64,000 nt of DNA. Origin: Chlorokybus atmophyticus. Taxonomy: Eukaryota > Plantae > Mesostigma and Chlorokybus algae. Position numbers and translations under genes: made by a program. Under the pieces are notes generated by a model that searched no databases, had not been told where the DNA came from, and saw only the letters and a list, made by a program, of their open reading frames with translations. Numbering within the stretch: position 1 is the first letter of the stretch; every line of letters starts with the position of its first letter. Shown here piece by piece: positions 1 through 14,185 of the stretch. Where the stretch lies: positions 52,697 through 116,696 of the forward strand of contig RHPI01002503.1 in the NCBI GenBank assembly GCA_009103225.1, given 5' to 3'.

Positions 1-1402
1 CGATAGAGACGCATGGCAGACTGGGGGAAGGAATTCAAGCACGTCATCCGCCTCTATGCGCGCCGCGTTGTGACAGTGTGAAGGGCGGAGCAGCGACAGA
101 TGGAGGGGTTCATGCACTTGAATCAACATCGCGTGGGGTACGCGTTGTGACACGCACATTCACCGCGTGCCGCCGGACGATCCTGGCGCGTGGAGCGGCG
201 GCAATGGCGGCGATGCCAGGCGCAGCACCGTTGGCACACGCACCATCAAGGCCAATGCAGCGCTCGCATACGATGCATGTAACGCACATTGCTTGCATTT
301 GTGTATACAAAAAAAGGTATGCCATTCATATGTGTATGAAGTTATGCGCGTTGCGTGGACACCGTGCTGCTAGCCATGCATAGTGAGTACAGTAAGAAAA
401 ATGAGGAGGGGGGGGCGTTGTTAAGCGCATATATCAATACAAGCGTTCGTATAGACGTCAAAGAATATTGCATTATATCACATGTGAGAGCATGCTGTGA
501 GTATTGTGCGCGTGTCACTGCGCATGCTATATGCAAGCGACAATCTTACCTTGAAATTGCGGTGTAAGAGTTCCATGTCATCATCGCCACATTGGCAAGT
601 ACTTGCTATTACCATTGTGGTTGAGGCAATAGCAAACCACACACATGAATTATTGTTATTAATTATGACCAATCATGATAGTTCTTGCACCGTAGCATCA
701 CGTTAGCTATAGTCTCTCCACCGCTACTATCATAGTGGCAACGGCATGGACATCTACTGTATCACATGCTGGGTATCATGCATTGGCTGCGAATTGAATT
801 GGCATTCAAACGGCTATGACGATGGCCTGCAGCCGTTGGGTTTAATGAGTTGTCATGGCAGGTGATAAGACGCTGGCCGCCAACCAGTTGTGGCGTGGCT
901 GATCTAGTTTTCCGTCAAGCACAGCGTCTTGCACCACGTCTTGGTCCTGCTCATCGCCGCCTCTCAACCTGCCTTTCCCTTGCGCTCCCTCTGGTTGCTG
1001 CAGGTAGCTGCGTGGTGCTGCTATTTCTGCCTGCCTGCTGCAGCGGCACTGCTGCATTGTCACTCAGTGCATAGCACATAGCACCAGCCCCATAGTGTCG
1101 TAGTCTAGGTAGTTTAATTTGCTGCTTGTGCTTTGAGTTAAATGCCTTGTGTTTATGTGTTTGAATTGTGAGTGTTTGGCCCTTGAGTTTTACCATATGC
1201 TAGCATATCATCCGGCATGCTGAGGTAGTTAAGTGAAATAGAGCACATGCCTTGTGGAAGTTATTGCAACTTTAATTATGTGCTTGACCCTGGGAAGTCG
1301 TTGCACGATGTGTTTGCATTTTTGCAGATGTTGTAGCACGATGTAACAACTTGTGCATGCACACCATTGCATGTATAATTCATATCTATGTTCCATAGCA
1401 CT

Positions 1403-1405
<3 letters not shown>

Positions 1406-1476
<71 letters not shown>

Positions 1477-1657
1477 NNNNNNNNNNNNNNNNNNNNNNNN
1501 NNNNNNNNNNNNNNNNNNNNNNNNNNNNNNNNNNNNNNNNNNNNNNNNNNNNNNNNNNNNNNNNNNNNNNNNNNNNNNNNNNNNNNNNNNNNNNNNNNNN
1601 NNNNNNNNNNNNNNNNNNNNNNNNNNNNNNNNNNNNNNNNNNNNNNNNNNNNNNNNN

Positions 1658-1699
<42 letters not shown>
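1406..1699. repeat. (CA)n microsatellite spanning an assembly gap (N 1477-1657)
   Basis: Pure CA repeat on both sides of an N run. Confidence 0.98.
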
Positions 1700-1700
<1 letters not shown>

Positions 1701-2389
1701 GTATACCTGCAAGTATAGCCCATGTTGTTTGTTCCACGTACTTGGTATCGCTTGTTGTTTGCTGAAATTTGGAAAGAAAACATGAAGCCCACATCAGGCG
1801 ACTGATACAGACTGCAATCCACGAACAAGATGCTAACCACACTCAGACAGTGGCATTTCATGCAATTGACATATTATGGACATGTCCAAAGTACGGCAGG
1901 TTGTTGCTACAAGGTTTGGGCCAGTTCCCTGCATAATCATGTGTTAACTACTGCTGTTGCTTGCTATGCCTAGCCTACAACAGCATGATGTTAAATAAGT
2001 GCATGGTCTGACCATGGCTGCGCGCTGCACATGCTGCACAAGCACTGCATCTCTCCTAAATTGGGGCAGCAAACCAGGAGGGGCTTGTTGTTGATTGCAG
2101 ACTAATGCATGCAAGTAACAGTACATACACTAGCTAGGCAAGTAAGAATGTAGCTAACAAACAAGTCTACATACAAGAAAGCTTACAGTTTCTGCAACCC
2201 CTGGCGCAGCAATACCAAGTCGCTCTGCAACAATGAACAACATGCTAAAAGCAGGGGCAGGCAAGCGATGAGTGTCTGCACAGATTGCACCAATAGCCAC
2301 AAGACGCACATCTGAACAGATAGTTGCTGTTTATGTACCCATATGTTTCTGAATCCCAATACCGCAGTAGGCAGCGAGGCTAAGGCGAT

Positions 2390-3423
2390 CTAGTTCCACC
2401 ATGGCTGCTGGCCAGTGCGGAAGTCCTCAACAGTCCAGGGGCTGAAGACGACCTTGTCGTCAACCATGTCGGCGTTTGCGAGCGCAAGGGACTGCAAGAA
2501 AACAAACCCGGTCAGGCACTGAGCTCAGAGTCATAACTTGGATCAAACTCTGTGCAACACAGTGCAGGCCGCATGTGTATGGACATCACCATGACAGGCA
2601 AATGCAGGCCAAAAAAACCGCACCCATCAAGCTGGTGCACATGCTGTAAAGCCCCACTACACTACTACAGCATCCAGCAGAACAGTAGCAACCACACCTT
2701 ACCAACACCTTGGTATTAAACAGCAACAGGCGCAACTTACCAGGGGAGCAGGGCCGCGGACGACCTTGCCGGTGCCGTCATACTGGGAGCCGTGGCACGG
2801 GCAGATGAACTTCTTCTCAGCGGCGTTCCAGGGAACGACGCATCCAAGGTGAGTGCAGACGGCGTTGATGCCGTAGGTCTCGAGCTGGCCGTCGCCCTTG
2901 ACGATGAGGTAGGTGGCGTCGCCGCGGAGGCCCTGGACGAGGGAGTGGTCGCCGACAGGGTGGGTCTTCAGCCACTTGGTGACGGTGACGTCGTCACCGT
3001 TGGCGTCCTTGGCGGTGATGCCGGCGCCGGCGCCGCCGCTGCCGGGGGGGACCAAGAACCAGACGTAGCCGCCGAGCATGCCAGTGGCAGGCAGGCCAAT
3101 GGCACCCCACATCAGCAAGTTCATCACGTTGCGCTTGTTCATGTCGGGGATGTCACCGGGGGCACCGATGCCGCCCAGGGCGTTCATGCTTGTGACCTTG
3201 CGGGCAGGCTTGGCAGCCGACACGGGCCTGCAGGCAACAAAAAGCGATGCACAAACCATTTAGCGTAATCGTGCACATCGCAACCAACTACATCTACGCA
3301 GCACAATAGCCCCGGCCAAGCATCCACGGCACGTCCCACCCACCTTGGGGCCTTAGACTTGAGGGCGCCCGCTCCCCGGGTCTGCGCCACGCCCACCGCC
3401 GCAGCAGCCGCCACCGACGCCAT
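2390..3423 (-). CDS. petC: Cytochrome b6f Rieske Fe-S subunit, plastid-targeted; 3 exons (3423-3344, 3227-2741, 2491-2390)
   Basis: Rieske boxes CTHLGC and CPCHGS, the GDATYLIV motif and C-terminal [15 protein letters not shown] introns keep phase. Ala-rich transit peptide [11 protein letters not shown]. Confidence 0.97.
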
Positions 3424-5523
3424 GGTGATCGTTGTGTGGACAGAGGATTCTGTAAGTGCTGTTGTCGATCACCAAGCGGTGGCGCCTTGGTCACAGCACC
3501 TGCCGCTGCTTACGACCAGAACCACCACACCAACGCCGCCGCCTTCGTCTGCACCGTGCACACAAAAGCGCTCCCTCCACACGCCCTATCCGCAACGTCT
3601 CGGCGATATCGGCGGGGCGCGCACGCGGGACGCGCTGATACTCTCCGGACCCCCCATTTGTGCAGACTCGGACATCGCCAAGAAAGCGATATCGCACCGT
3701 TGGCGAATGGATGATGGCTTCTCGTTCGGCAGCGACCGTGGTGGAGGCCAGCTGGACACGCCGGCGGCAGTCGGACCGATGGACCCGCCTTCGACCGGTA
3801 CTGTAAATCAATAGTTGTGTGCTTGTTGTCGCGACGTGGTTGACTTGTTGCGCACCTTGCGAGGCGATATGCCGCGGGTGCAGCGCTCCATTGAGAGCAC
3901 AAGAGCCGGTGTATGACCGGTCCGGCGCGGGCTGCACGGCGACTGTCGGCGGTCGGCGCTATCCGCAGAAACAGCGGGCTTTACACTTTTACACTTTATG
4001 TACAGTACAAAACTGTGCGACAACCATCTACCGAGGTATTGCCATACATCAGTATGTGCTGAGGTTCAGTTGTCAAGCATGCGCAAACTCAAGATGATAA
4101 CATTCATGAACGTGAATGCGTTGATTTCATACAGCATTACAGTTGTATTAGATTAAACACTCATAATTTTACATATTGTTATCAATCACATGTAACATCC
4201 GTCAATAAATAGTGTTTTGAAAAATATTGGATGCATTTTTGGATTCAACTAATCAAAGATATAGTATTCTATTGCAATTGCATTACTTGCAATGTGTGTT
4301 TGAATCGTTTACATGTTGTTTATGTATAGGAGAAGCGTAATCTTGAATTTACCTTGCGACATTCGTAATAAAGCGCGACATTATTTAAGTTGTTCATTAT
4401 ATTATACTTCACTGATAAAGAAAGCTGTTGACTCACTTATAAATAGCGTGATGACTTATGTATTCATTTAATTACGTGATTCATTTACAAAATTTTGTCA
4501 TTAACTATAAATATTGTAAGCTACGTCACAATCGCTCTGTAAATATTTGTATAAAAGCATTGGTCTTGGAGCTCATTTGTCATGCATATGTGTGCACGCG
4601 ACACAAGTGTTAAACTGCACAAATTTGGGTTACTATAATTGTATTCCATTGCGAATCGTCTGCGATAGGTCACATCCTGACAAGGGCCTTGACAGGATCA
4701 TGGTTATTACAAAAAGCACGCCAAAGCAAACACATTAAAACGTATTACAATGCATTACAACTTGCCCATCAATGCAACACGGTATGGTATTACCGTAGCC
4801 AGCAAGTAGCAGAGCAAACAACTTTTATCAACAACGCAAGAAGGCAAGCAGCACAACTAGCTAAGGGGCTGGGTTCTTCTGTGCGTGCAAGCCAATTAGG
4901 CAAGACCAGGCAAGGGCAGGTGTGGGAGGGCTAGAGCTGCGCCAAGGGGTACGTGGGCAAAGAAGGAGGGGCGCAAGGAGGAGGAGAGGTAATAAGATGT
5001 CAGTCCCCAAGCAGGCGACAGACGCGGACTTGATGCAGACCATGCTTGATAGCCTCGCTTAAGCAGTAGCAATGTTGCAATCAACCAACACTCTTGCCAA
5101 TAACCACAAGTGCAACATGCATGTATTTGCGTGGTTGAACTACAATCTATATCCTATGCCTCCACACCAAGTGGTGTGAGCAAACTGTGCACAGAGCCGA
5201 CGAGCAACAAACTTCCTACAATTTGTGCTGTCTAAGCACAAGGCATGCAAGAGTTGTGGCTTCCAATCTTTGGCTACACACTTACCCATGTGTGCCACTA
5301 TGGTTGACATGCGCTCTTCCAAATTAGACAACCCCACCTTTGAGACAAGCTAGACTGGTGATGACCACAAACAGTGCTGCATTGCAAGCAAAACTTGTAA
5401 CAGTTGTACAAACATAGATAAACAAAACTTGACACACATTGCATACACTCAAGCACCAACTAGTTACCCATCACCTAACCAAGCCAACAAGACATTCCAC
5501 AACACAGACACTGGCTTTCTACG

Positions 5524-8500
5524 CTAAAGCTCAACTATGCCCAATCGCAATGTCACCGCCCTTCTATGCGCATCCAAGCCTTCAACTTCAGCCATTTTGG
5601 CCACTGACGGACCCAGCTTTTGCAGACCCTCGTGTGTGAGCTCTTGCACAGTCATGTACTTCATGAAGGAGTCCAAGGAGACGCCGCCATACATGCGAGC
5701 GTAGCCGTATGTTGGCAGCACATGGTTGGTTCCACTGGCGTAATCTCCCACACTCTCTGGTGTCCATCTTCCAAGGAATATCGATCCTGTTGACGCAGTG
5801 TGGCATTGAAACACTGTGAAGTGCTATGTAATTGCCACAATTCTGATGGCAGCGAAGGCCAATGTCACAAGCAAGCCTTCTAATAGTGTTGCGCACGTAC
5901 CGGCGTTGTCAAGCTGGGGAAGCCAGTCCTCTGCATTCTCAACGTTCACAATCAAGTGCTCCGGTGCGTACTGATTGGAAAACTTGCACGCCTGCCAATC
6001 AAAGTGGCGTGCACATGTAATTGGCAATGCATTAATGCTGACATCACATGCATAAGCAGCACAGACCACAGCTTATGCAACAGCTAGCACTGCCATACCT
6101 CGTCCCGGTTAGCTGCTTGCACCACGTAGCTGTGGCTCAAAGCCTGCAAGGCGATGTCTGCGCGTGGCAAAGCCTCACATTGTGAAGCGACCTGATACAC
6201 AGATTGTCATACAAGCTTATCAGTAATGGCATTACAGCAGAAACTGGAGCAACCAAGTATGGCATTCTGACCTGCCGAGAGATTCCAGGAAGGTCCACTC
6301 CAGGGAGAGTCACCAAAACCACCTGGCTGTCAGGGCCATGTTCCGCCTGCAACGCAAACAGGTCATGTGAATGCGATGAGCTAGAGTTTATACCCAGTGA
6401 TTCATTAAGTAATGGCTTATGCACAGTTCGTTGAAGTTTTGGTGCAATGCATACGCAGGCATGACAACGTTCGCATTCTGAAACTAAAGAATAGAACAAG
6501 TCAACCACAGAAATTTTCGCGCGACACAGCACAACCCGCGTTACAACACCTGCCGTTGTAGGTTGCTGTGGGCAAAGTATACACTGTTCATACCTGGGAA
6601 AGCAAGTCTGCAGCTACATGAGCAGGGTCAGCTCCTTCGTCCGCAATCACCAGCACTTCCGAGGGTCCAGCTGGCATGTCTATGGAGATCATGGCTTCAC
6701 TGTTCTGCTCACAGCAAGTACTTCAATGATGAAGGATATCGCATACCACTTGCTACAATATGCTAGTTCTCAACACTAGCATGTGTTGCAGTGTAAGCAC
6801 TCCAATACATATAGACTTACGACATACCAAAAAGCACAGTTAAGAATACGGCCACCTCGTCAACAAGTGCATGCGTCAACACAGCACAGTTCTTACTAGA
6901 CCCATCAAGCAACCAACCATGCGCATATGCTGCAACAGGTTTTGCCTTCGTAAGCTACTGACTAGATGCTTACCTGCAACAACATCTTTGCAGCCGTAAC
7001 ATACTGGTTGCCCGGCCCCAGAATTTTGTCAACCTGCAGCATAAACCATGAGTACCCTTTCATCAAAACAGGCACTTGTGGACAGCACGTGCTTCTCCTA
7101 CTTTGGGGCATTGTCGTGTGCCATACGCCATCGCAGCAACGGCTTGAGCACCTCCAGCCTTCAGAATGTGAGTAACTCCAGCTTTCTTTGCCACGTACAA
7201 AACTTCCTGCCATGCCCTCTTCATAAGCTTGGGAGACATGGGACAATCATCACATATACAACATTGCTCGTGTCAATGTGCACCGGGGCAATGGAGCCAT
7301 CTCTCCTTGGTGGGGTAGCGAGAACAATTGTTTTGCACCCTGCGATACCAGCCGGCTGCCACAACAAGCCAATTTTGAGTATTGTAGATAGGCTTGTCTC
7401 CTCTTCCAGCAACGAATGGCACTCACCACAGCCAGCATCAGCGCTGTTGAAGGCAGGACAGCTGTGCCACCCGGCACATACAAACCAACAGACTCTATCG
7501 GCCTTGAAACCCGGCGACACCTCACACCCTGCGAAAGTAGTTTTGTGTGAAGAGTCCTTGCGCACAACATTTGTCTAGCAACATTGCGCTTGTGTACATC
7601 CAGTCCTAGTACTTGCCTTCATGGTCTCAACCTCCAATGGCATAGTCTTCAGCTGAGCTTGATGAAACGCCTTGATGTTCTCAAATGCCACGTCGAAAGC
7701 TGCTGCCACCTCCTCATCCAGCTGTATGCAGCAATTGCATTATACATGGGGTACATGAGGTGGATTGAGGGATGCATGTCACACACATGGCTATGCAGAA
7801 CGGCACCTTTGGCCAGGGTATGTCCTCCATCTTTTCCACAAGCTTTTCAGGTACGACTCCATCAAAGCGTTCTGTGTACCTGTCAGCATGCATGTGGACA
7901 TCAACAAACACAACATGCACAACTGTACAAGAATACTGTAGGACTGCTTTCTCATGGCAGACTAATGAGTCTCTGTGGTGTCCACAACCACACTGATTCA
8001 GCTGGAGGCTCAGAAGCAACTGTCTATCAAGGGCAAGAACTCAAGTGCCTTACTCCAAAACTGCTGCGTCCCCTCGCTCTCGCACGCTTTCCACGATTGG
8101 TCGTACCTGCGATAATTGCAACACGCTACATTGCTGGCCTGCCTTGACCGTTGACGAAATTCACAAGCATCATCATGAGCGACGACGGCAGCGACAAACT
8201 CACATGTGCAGTGCATGCAAGTCACCTGGTCGAATATGGCAGCAAAGTCTATTCGCGGCCTGGCCATAAGCGCAGTTCTGTCCCGTGTGTTCAGGTCTTG
8301 AATTGTGTACGTGCGAAGGCTGTTGGAGCTTGGAGCATCCACCGCAGCTGTGGCCATCGTCAATACTGGACACGTAAATACATACAGGTAAATCTAAACG
8401 TTGCAAGAACACAGTGTACCAGCATTGCATGCCAGCTCACTTGCAAGGTACCCAACAAAAGCATCAACACAGCAGCAACATAAACGCAAGCAATGCGCTC

Positions 8501-8798
8501 AAGCTCACAATGTGTGGCTACAGCTGCACGGCATGCATTGTGCTGCTGTGGTCGACAGCAGAGCGGCGGTCGCCTTGCATGAAATGCACGTGCAGCAGCT
8601 AAAACCGCTTTGCTCACCTCTATACGACGTGCTAGCTTGGTCTGACCGCTCTACCAACCGCGGAAACAAGGCGCTCTTCCTGCCAAGCTGCCGCGCGGAC
8701 ACGAGCGACGCGCCGGCCAAGCTGGGCTGCAGCAACCTGCCTCTGCACAGCGAGGCTGGCCCAATCCGAGCCACCGTGGCCAGCGCGGCCGCTTTCAT
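5524..8798 (-). CDS. hisD: Histidinol dehydrogenase with N-terminal transit peptide; multi-exon
   Basis: Exons encode [40 protein letters not shown] and [32 protein letters not shown], all HisD hallmarks. One intron needs a GC donor at 7616. Confidence 0.95.
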
Positions 8799-9614
8799 GG
8801 CCAACGGCGAGCTACCCTCAGTGCGCCCTGAAGCAACACCCCAACACACCAGCCCGCTCGCTAACCCCGCCCGACGCACCAGCAGTCGCCTGCTCCTTGT
8901 CCTCCACTACCGCCGCCGCCGATAGGCGCTCGGCTGCTCTCAGGACCTCACTGTGGAGCACGTCGAGGTCATTGAGTCACTCTCGCGTGCATTGGTTCAT
9001 TTGGAGTGATCATGTTTCAAAACACCCAAATCCCATGAACCGACCATTAGCAGCACAAAACTTACACATCTACCCTGCCGCCTGTAACGTTGTAAAAGCT
9101 TAACGTCGACGTCAGCAGGAGAAGTAGGGTTTCTAGCGGCATCACCCCGTACACCAGATAGCACACAGTCATTCACTACCAGACACTTCATTAATTGCCA
9201 GTGAAGGCACAATTGTAATCGTAGACAAGTACATGTCCCAGGGGGTGGGACGGAGTTGAAACCCTAATTCAGCTCTGCGGGGCGAGTTGGTGTTAAGCTG
9301 TTAAGACTCGACGTAGCTGCGGGGCGGCAACGGCGGCGGAGTAGCCGGTGGTGAAGAGGGATGAGGGCGGCGACGGCGGTGTGTCTGAGGACATTGCGTC
9401 AAGCTGCTGTGTGCCTGGTGTGATCGTGCTGGTAGAAGGACGCTTAGCCGCCACGCTGGCGACACGCGGGGGGTTTTGGTGGAGGCTGCTTTCTTGGCTA
9501 GGCCGGCTGTGGAAGCTGTTGGCGGCAGCGGTGGCAGTGGGTGGAGGAGCAGCTACAGTAGCAGGAGCAGGCGGCGGTGCTGGTGGTGCTAGCACTAGGA
9601 GGCCCCTGCCGGCC
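8799..9614. promoter_or_regulatory. Putative bidirectional promoter/5'UTR region between hisD (-) and taxilin (+)
   Basis: Head-to-head start codons about 816 bp apart. Inferred from gene geometry only. Confidence 0.45.
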
Positions 9615-12600
9615 ATGGCTTCTATGGATCCGACTGCTGCCGCCGCGGACGGCTCTGTGCTGGCCGCAGCAGTGGACGTGACGCCCCCGACCTCCGCCGC
9701 AGCGGAACCCAGAGGTGACGGCGACGCCGACGCCGACGACACCTTCAGCGATCCGCACAGCGATGATGAAACTGACCTCGTCACTGCGGCGGCAGCTGCT
9801 GCATTGAAGGAGGCCGAAGCTGCTGCAACTTGCACTGCTCCAGACAGTCGAGGTTGAAAGAAAATTGATGGCCGTATGGTTGGAATCCAATTCCTACTTG
9901 TGGCACAATGTCTGAATCAATCAACAGCCACTTGCTCACCAGGATGGTTATGTTTTGTGTGTAATGTCTCACATGTCATACATTACACAAGCCAGCTTGG
10001 TCGGTTGGTCGTATAGCATGTCAACTATGTCAGGTATGATGTGTCCGTAGTTGAGTACCAGACACTGCTGACCGTCCAGAAGCGCGTGCTGTGTAGAACT
10101 GCGCCTGGTGTCGTGGCGTTGCTGCTACACATGCGCACGTTCCTTGTAGCCTGCATGTGCGCCTAGGATGTGCTGTTGGCTGACTGTCTGCAGCGGCAAT
10201 GTAGTGCTATTTTCCTTCTGTCACTTATACGTGCACTGAACACATCACCTGGACGAAGCATGCCAACTTCCCGGCCCTGGTGACGTGTTCAACACAGTGA
10301 CGTGAGGTGCAGTTTGCAGCGACATGTTAACCCGACAACTTATGCCTTGGGCCAGTTCCCAAGATTGTAGGACTTGTGTGTAGTGCTGAGCATTTGCCAA
10401 GGGGTGTTGCAGCTGCTTTGTGGAGTGTTAACCTACGTTTCTCATGTGGCTGATTTTGGCAATTATTGTTGTTGCAATCAGATTCTGGTGCGCGAGGCAG
10501 TTTTGACACACCGGCATTGCGGCATGACGCACTGGAGTACAAGATCGCTGAACTGGAGAAGTTGGCCGCAGCTAGCCAAGAGAAGCATGATGAAGAGCTC
10601 GCTGGACTAGGTAACCTCGAGCTTCTACCATTGGTGGCGGTGTCACTGTGCCAGCAGTGCTGACTGATGGCGACATGTGACAGCCAAGATGCGCAAGCGT
10701 CAGGCGAAGGAGTTGAAGCAGCTGATGGACGACAACACTAGCTCCACGGAAGACAAGCTGAAAATGCTACATTCTCGATTTTTGCAGCAGGTACCTGCCA
10801 GCACGCCTTCTTGGAGTGTTTGTAAATCTTAATAGCAACATCAACAATGCCAGCATCGTAACAATACAGGGTCAGAACAATGGTCAGTAGCACAATTAGC
10901 CAGTTTTGGAGTTTATGTATATGGGTGCGTTACGCCCATGTGGTAGTTGCAAGCTTTGCGTTCAAGTCTTTGCCAACAGGCCACGGAGATTAGCAAGTTA
11001 GAGAAGGAATTGTTGGCACTCCGGCGGAAGTGCGAGCTGATCAACAAGGAGAAAGACACCAGTACGTTCGCACCCTGTGTTGTACTTTGGAAGCATGCAT
11101 ACGATGTGAACACATGCCTGATCCTTTCCTGCACAGTTTATGCCGAGTGCACGAAGACTGCGGCGGTGAAGACCAAGTTGGAGTCCTTGTGTCGAGAGCT
11201 GCAAAGGCAGAACAAGATCATTTCTGTCAGTGTCACTCCTGTTTATCAGATATCTGCTCGGCTGTGGTGCCATTGTCTGTTGCTGTCAGAGACTTAGTGA
11301 TGACATGTTTCGTGTGCAGGAGGAAAGCAAGCGTGCAGCTGCGGAGGAACAGCAAAAGCGTCAAGAGCTGTCTACCAAGTTCCACAATACAATCAAGGTA
11401 TGGCCGCACGTGTATGCATGGTGACACCTCCAGGCCCGCCCACCCGGTATTATTGATCACATGTTTTGTGATGTCTTTGGCAGGAGATTACATTGAAGTT
11501 GGAGGAACAGGGCGACGAGCGCATGAGACAATTTAAGGAGAATGAAATGTACGTTTGCTGTTGTTATGTGGCCAGTGATATCAACCGTAGTTGCCCTTTA
11601 GCTAGCTGGACTCACTGTCGTCACAAGGAGTAATCAACACGTTGCAGGCTAAGGGAAAAGTTGAAGCACTTTGCTGAACAGTATGAGATCCGCGAACAAC
11701 ACTTTGCTCACCAGGTAGCGTTTGCAGTGTTTTGGCAGCAATCTTAGTTCAGTATCTTCTGCGGCACTTGGATTGACCAATGGTTGCGGGTGCGTGCAGT
11801 TGCGCACCAAGGATTTGGAGCAACAGCTGCTAGAGGCAAAGCTGAAGCAACAGATGGAGTTGAACGCACATGCAGAGCTGGCAGTAAGTGTGGTTCTGCT
11901 CTGATGGTAGCAAACTGGGTTGTGTGGTGTTAAAAGTAGTTTAAAGTAGTTTTCACTGGCTGATGAACCAGATGCTTGTCCTCACAACTTGCATATGGGA
12001 TTGCTATGCTATGCCGCATGCTGAAACTTGAACTTGCTTCCAGTCAAGGGCATATGTAGAACAAAACCATGCTTTGGCACGCACTGAAGGAGAGCTCAGG
12101 GGCCAACTAGCCATGTATGGCAACAAGTTTGAGCAGTTCCAGGTATGCCTCTTATCTGTACTCCAGCCTGTACCTTGTCGAGGTGGGCAGGAATGGTGAA
12201 ACCGCTGATGATGACAACCTGGTTTGGATCACCCGTCCAGCTTGTGTAGCTGAGCTTGTTTCGCAGGACACACTGACCAAGAGCAACGAGGTGTTTGCAA
12301 CGTTTAAAAAGGAGATGGAAAAGGCAAGGCCACTCATTGTTGCAGCTGCGTATATCACGCTGCATTGATGGTGCTCGAATTGGCATTGTGTTACTGATCT
12401 GTTGTGTTGTAGATGTCCAAAACGATTAAGAAGCTGGAGAAGGAGAATGCGGCGTTAAAGAAAAAAAGCGAAAAGAGTGACATTACATTGATTGAGCTGC
12501 TGGATGAGGTAGGAGGGCTGTTTGCACAGATACACGTGCTCGTGTAGCAGTGGCCTTACTTTGTCGCTGCGATGTGCTCACTAAAACTTCATTGCAGAGA

Positions 12601-12798
12601 AACACACTGAAGAAGACACTGGAGACGACAAAATCTCAGAAAGACAAGCTGGAGTCTCTGTGCCGATCTCTACAGACAGAGCGCAAGCAACAGAGTGGCG
12701 TTGTCAACAGCAACCACTCTGCAACGCCTGCTCCACCTGCCAACAGTACAGCTGCCCCACAGCGGCAGGAGGTGCCTGCCTCAATGCCGCCATCATAG
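9615..12798 (+). CDS. Taxilin-family coiled-coil protein; about 12 exons
   Basis: Spliced exons give KTKLESLCRELQRQNK, LREKLKHFAEQYEIREQHF, YGNKFEQFQ/DTLTKSNEVFATFKKEMEK/MSKTIKKLEKEN and KDKLESLCRSLQTER, the taxilin consensus. First donor uncertain. Confidence 0.9.
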
Positions 12799-14185
12799 CA
12801 CACGTAACATGTCCAGTAGTAATTGCGGATCTCACGTGTACTCTTGCACGGGCACCTGTGGCATTGCATGCAAGCGCGCTGTTTATCTGTCTGATTGTGT
12901 TGTTGGCGCTCAAGTGACGACTACTTGTTGTTTACGTGTAGTGCAGCATGCAGCAATAGTAGCTGACAATGTGTGTCATTGGCCTTCCATTGACTTAATG
13001 GCATGGCGGCTTTAGGGTCTGCACACATCTCACTGTGGCAGATTGGTATACTGCAAGCGCTGCTAGACTCACGCGGCCCGTACTGCTACACTTCTGCGGG
13101 ATATTTACACGTGTATCTCGACAGACAACTATTAGCGCATCTTCATGTGTCCTGCAGGCTGGAGATGGCAGCCTGTGTATCTCACATGCAGTCTACCCTC
13201 GGTAAAATGACCGCGAGTGTCCGGAGGCATTTTGTCAATACACCGAGGTGTTGTTTCTTCAACGCAGTGATGGACGACCATACCGTATGAATGCTTTATA
13301 GTGAACATCTGTCATTGCAATGAGGGATTCATTAGCAGCATACATGTATATGTAATATATAGAATGCAAGAATGCATTCACTAAGAGCCCGACATCTCTA
13401 CGTATTAACAATTGATCATTACATCAAAGTGTTCACTCCATTCCATACAGTGACAACCAACAGCAAGGTTTGCAAACCCAAACGAATGCATTTCATACAT
13501 ATTGCCCTCTTTATAGTGACGCTCCCTACTAGCACCGATTGTCCTTACAGGGAGTGTGATAGTCATTACAAAGGTGGAAACTTGCCTGATGTAAATCAGT
13601 TAATCAGTATTTTATCACTACTAGAGGGTGTCGTAAGAAGGAGCGTGATTATAGCGAGGGTAGAATTATAAAAAGCTGGCCGCAGTTTGGAATGTGATAC
13701 TGCATTGTAGCCTCCCGCACTACTTGCGTGAGTTCAGTCATGAGACCATCCATGTGTCACAAACATACTGCATCGATTGGCAAGGTGAGTTGAGGTACCA
13801 AAATGGCAGTCATTCCGTCTACCCACTACTCGTCTAGTATGACTTGAGTTATTGTGGCTTTGGGCTTGACTTGCATGCTGAGCTATGGTCATTGACAGCC
13901 TTTGGATCACAAGTCTTCAATCACCTGAACTTAGTAGTTGCTTGAATTACCATGATTAGCCTAGTTAGTTGCACATAGATGTTGATGTTCTGGTTCAATG
14001 GTCCATGCACAACTGGCATTACCAAGACAACACCAAATTTCCTGTCACCACGCGGTTGCCAAGTGTTGGCGGGCCAATGGCACACAGTCATTATAACCAT
14101 CTGGCTGCACTACTGTATATCAATTACGGACTGTAACGCACAGTTACCGCAATAAGGAGGAAGTAAAGAGGGTCGAAATAGTGTG

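Noticed and set aside
1-1200. Possible degraded coding exons (MADWGKEFKHVIRLY...; exon-like block 861-1003)
   Set aside because: No recognisable motif, and no frame is clearly preferred.
9293-9890. Long overlapping ORFs around the taxilin start
   Set aside because: GC-rich 5'UTR/first exon; only the frame from ATG 9615 splices into taxilin.
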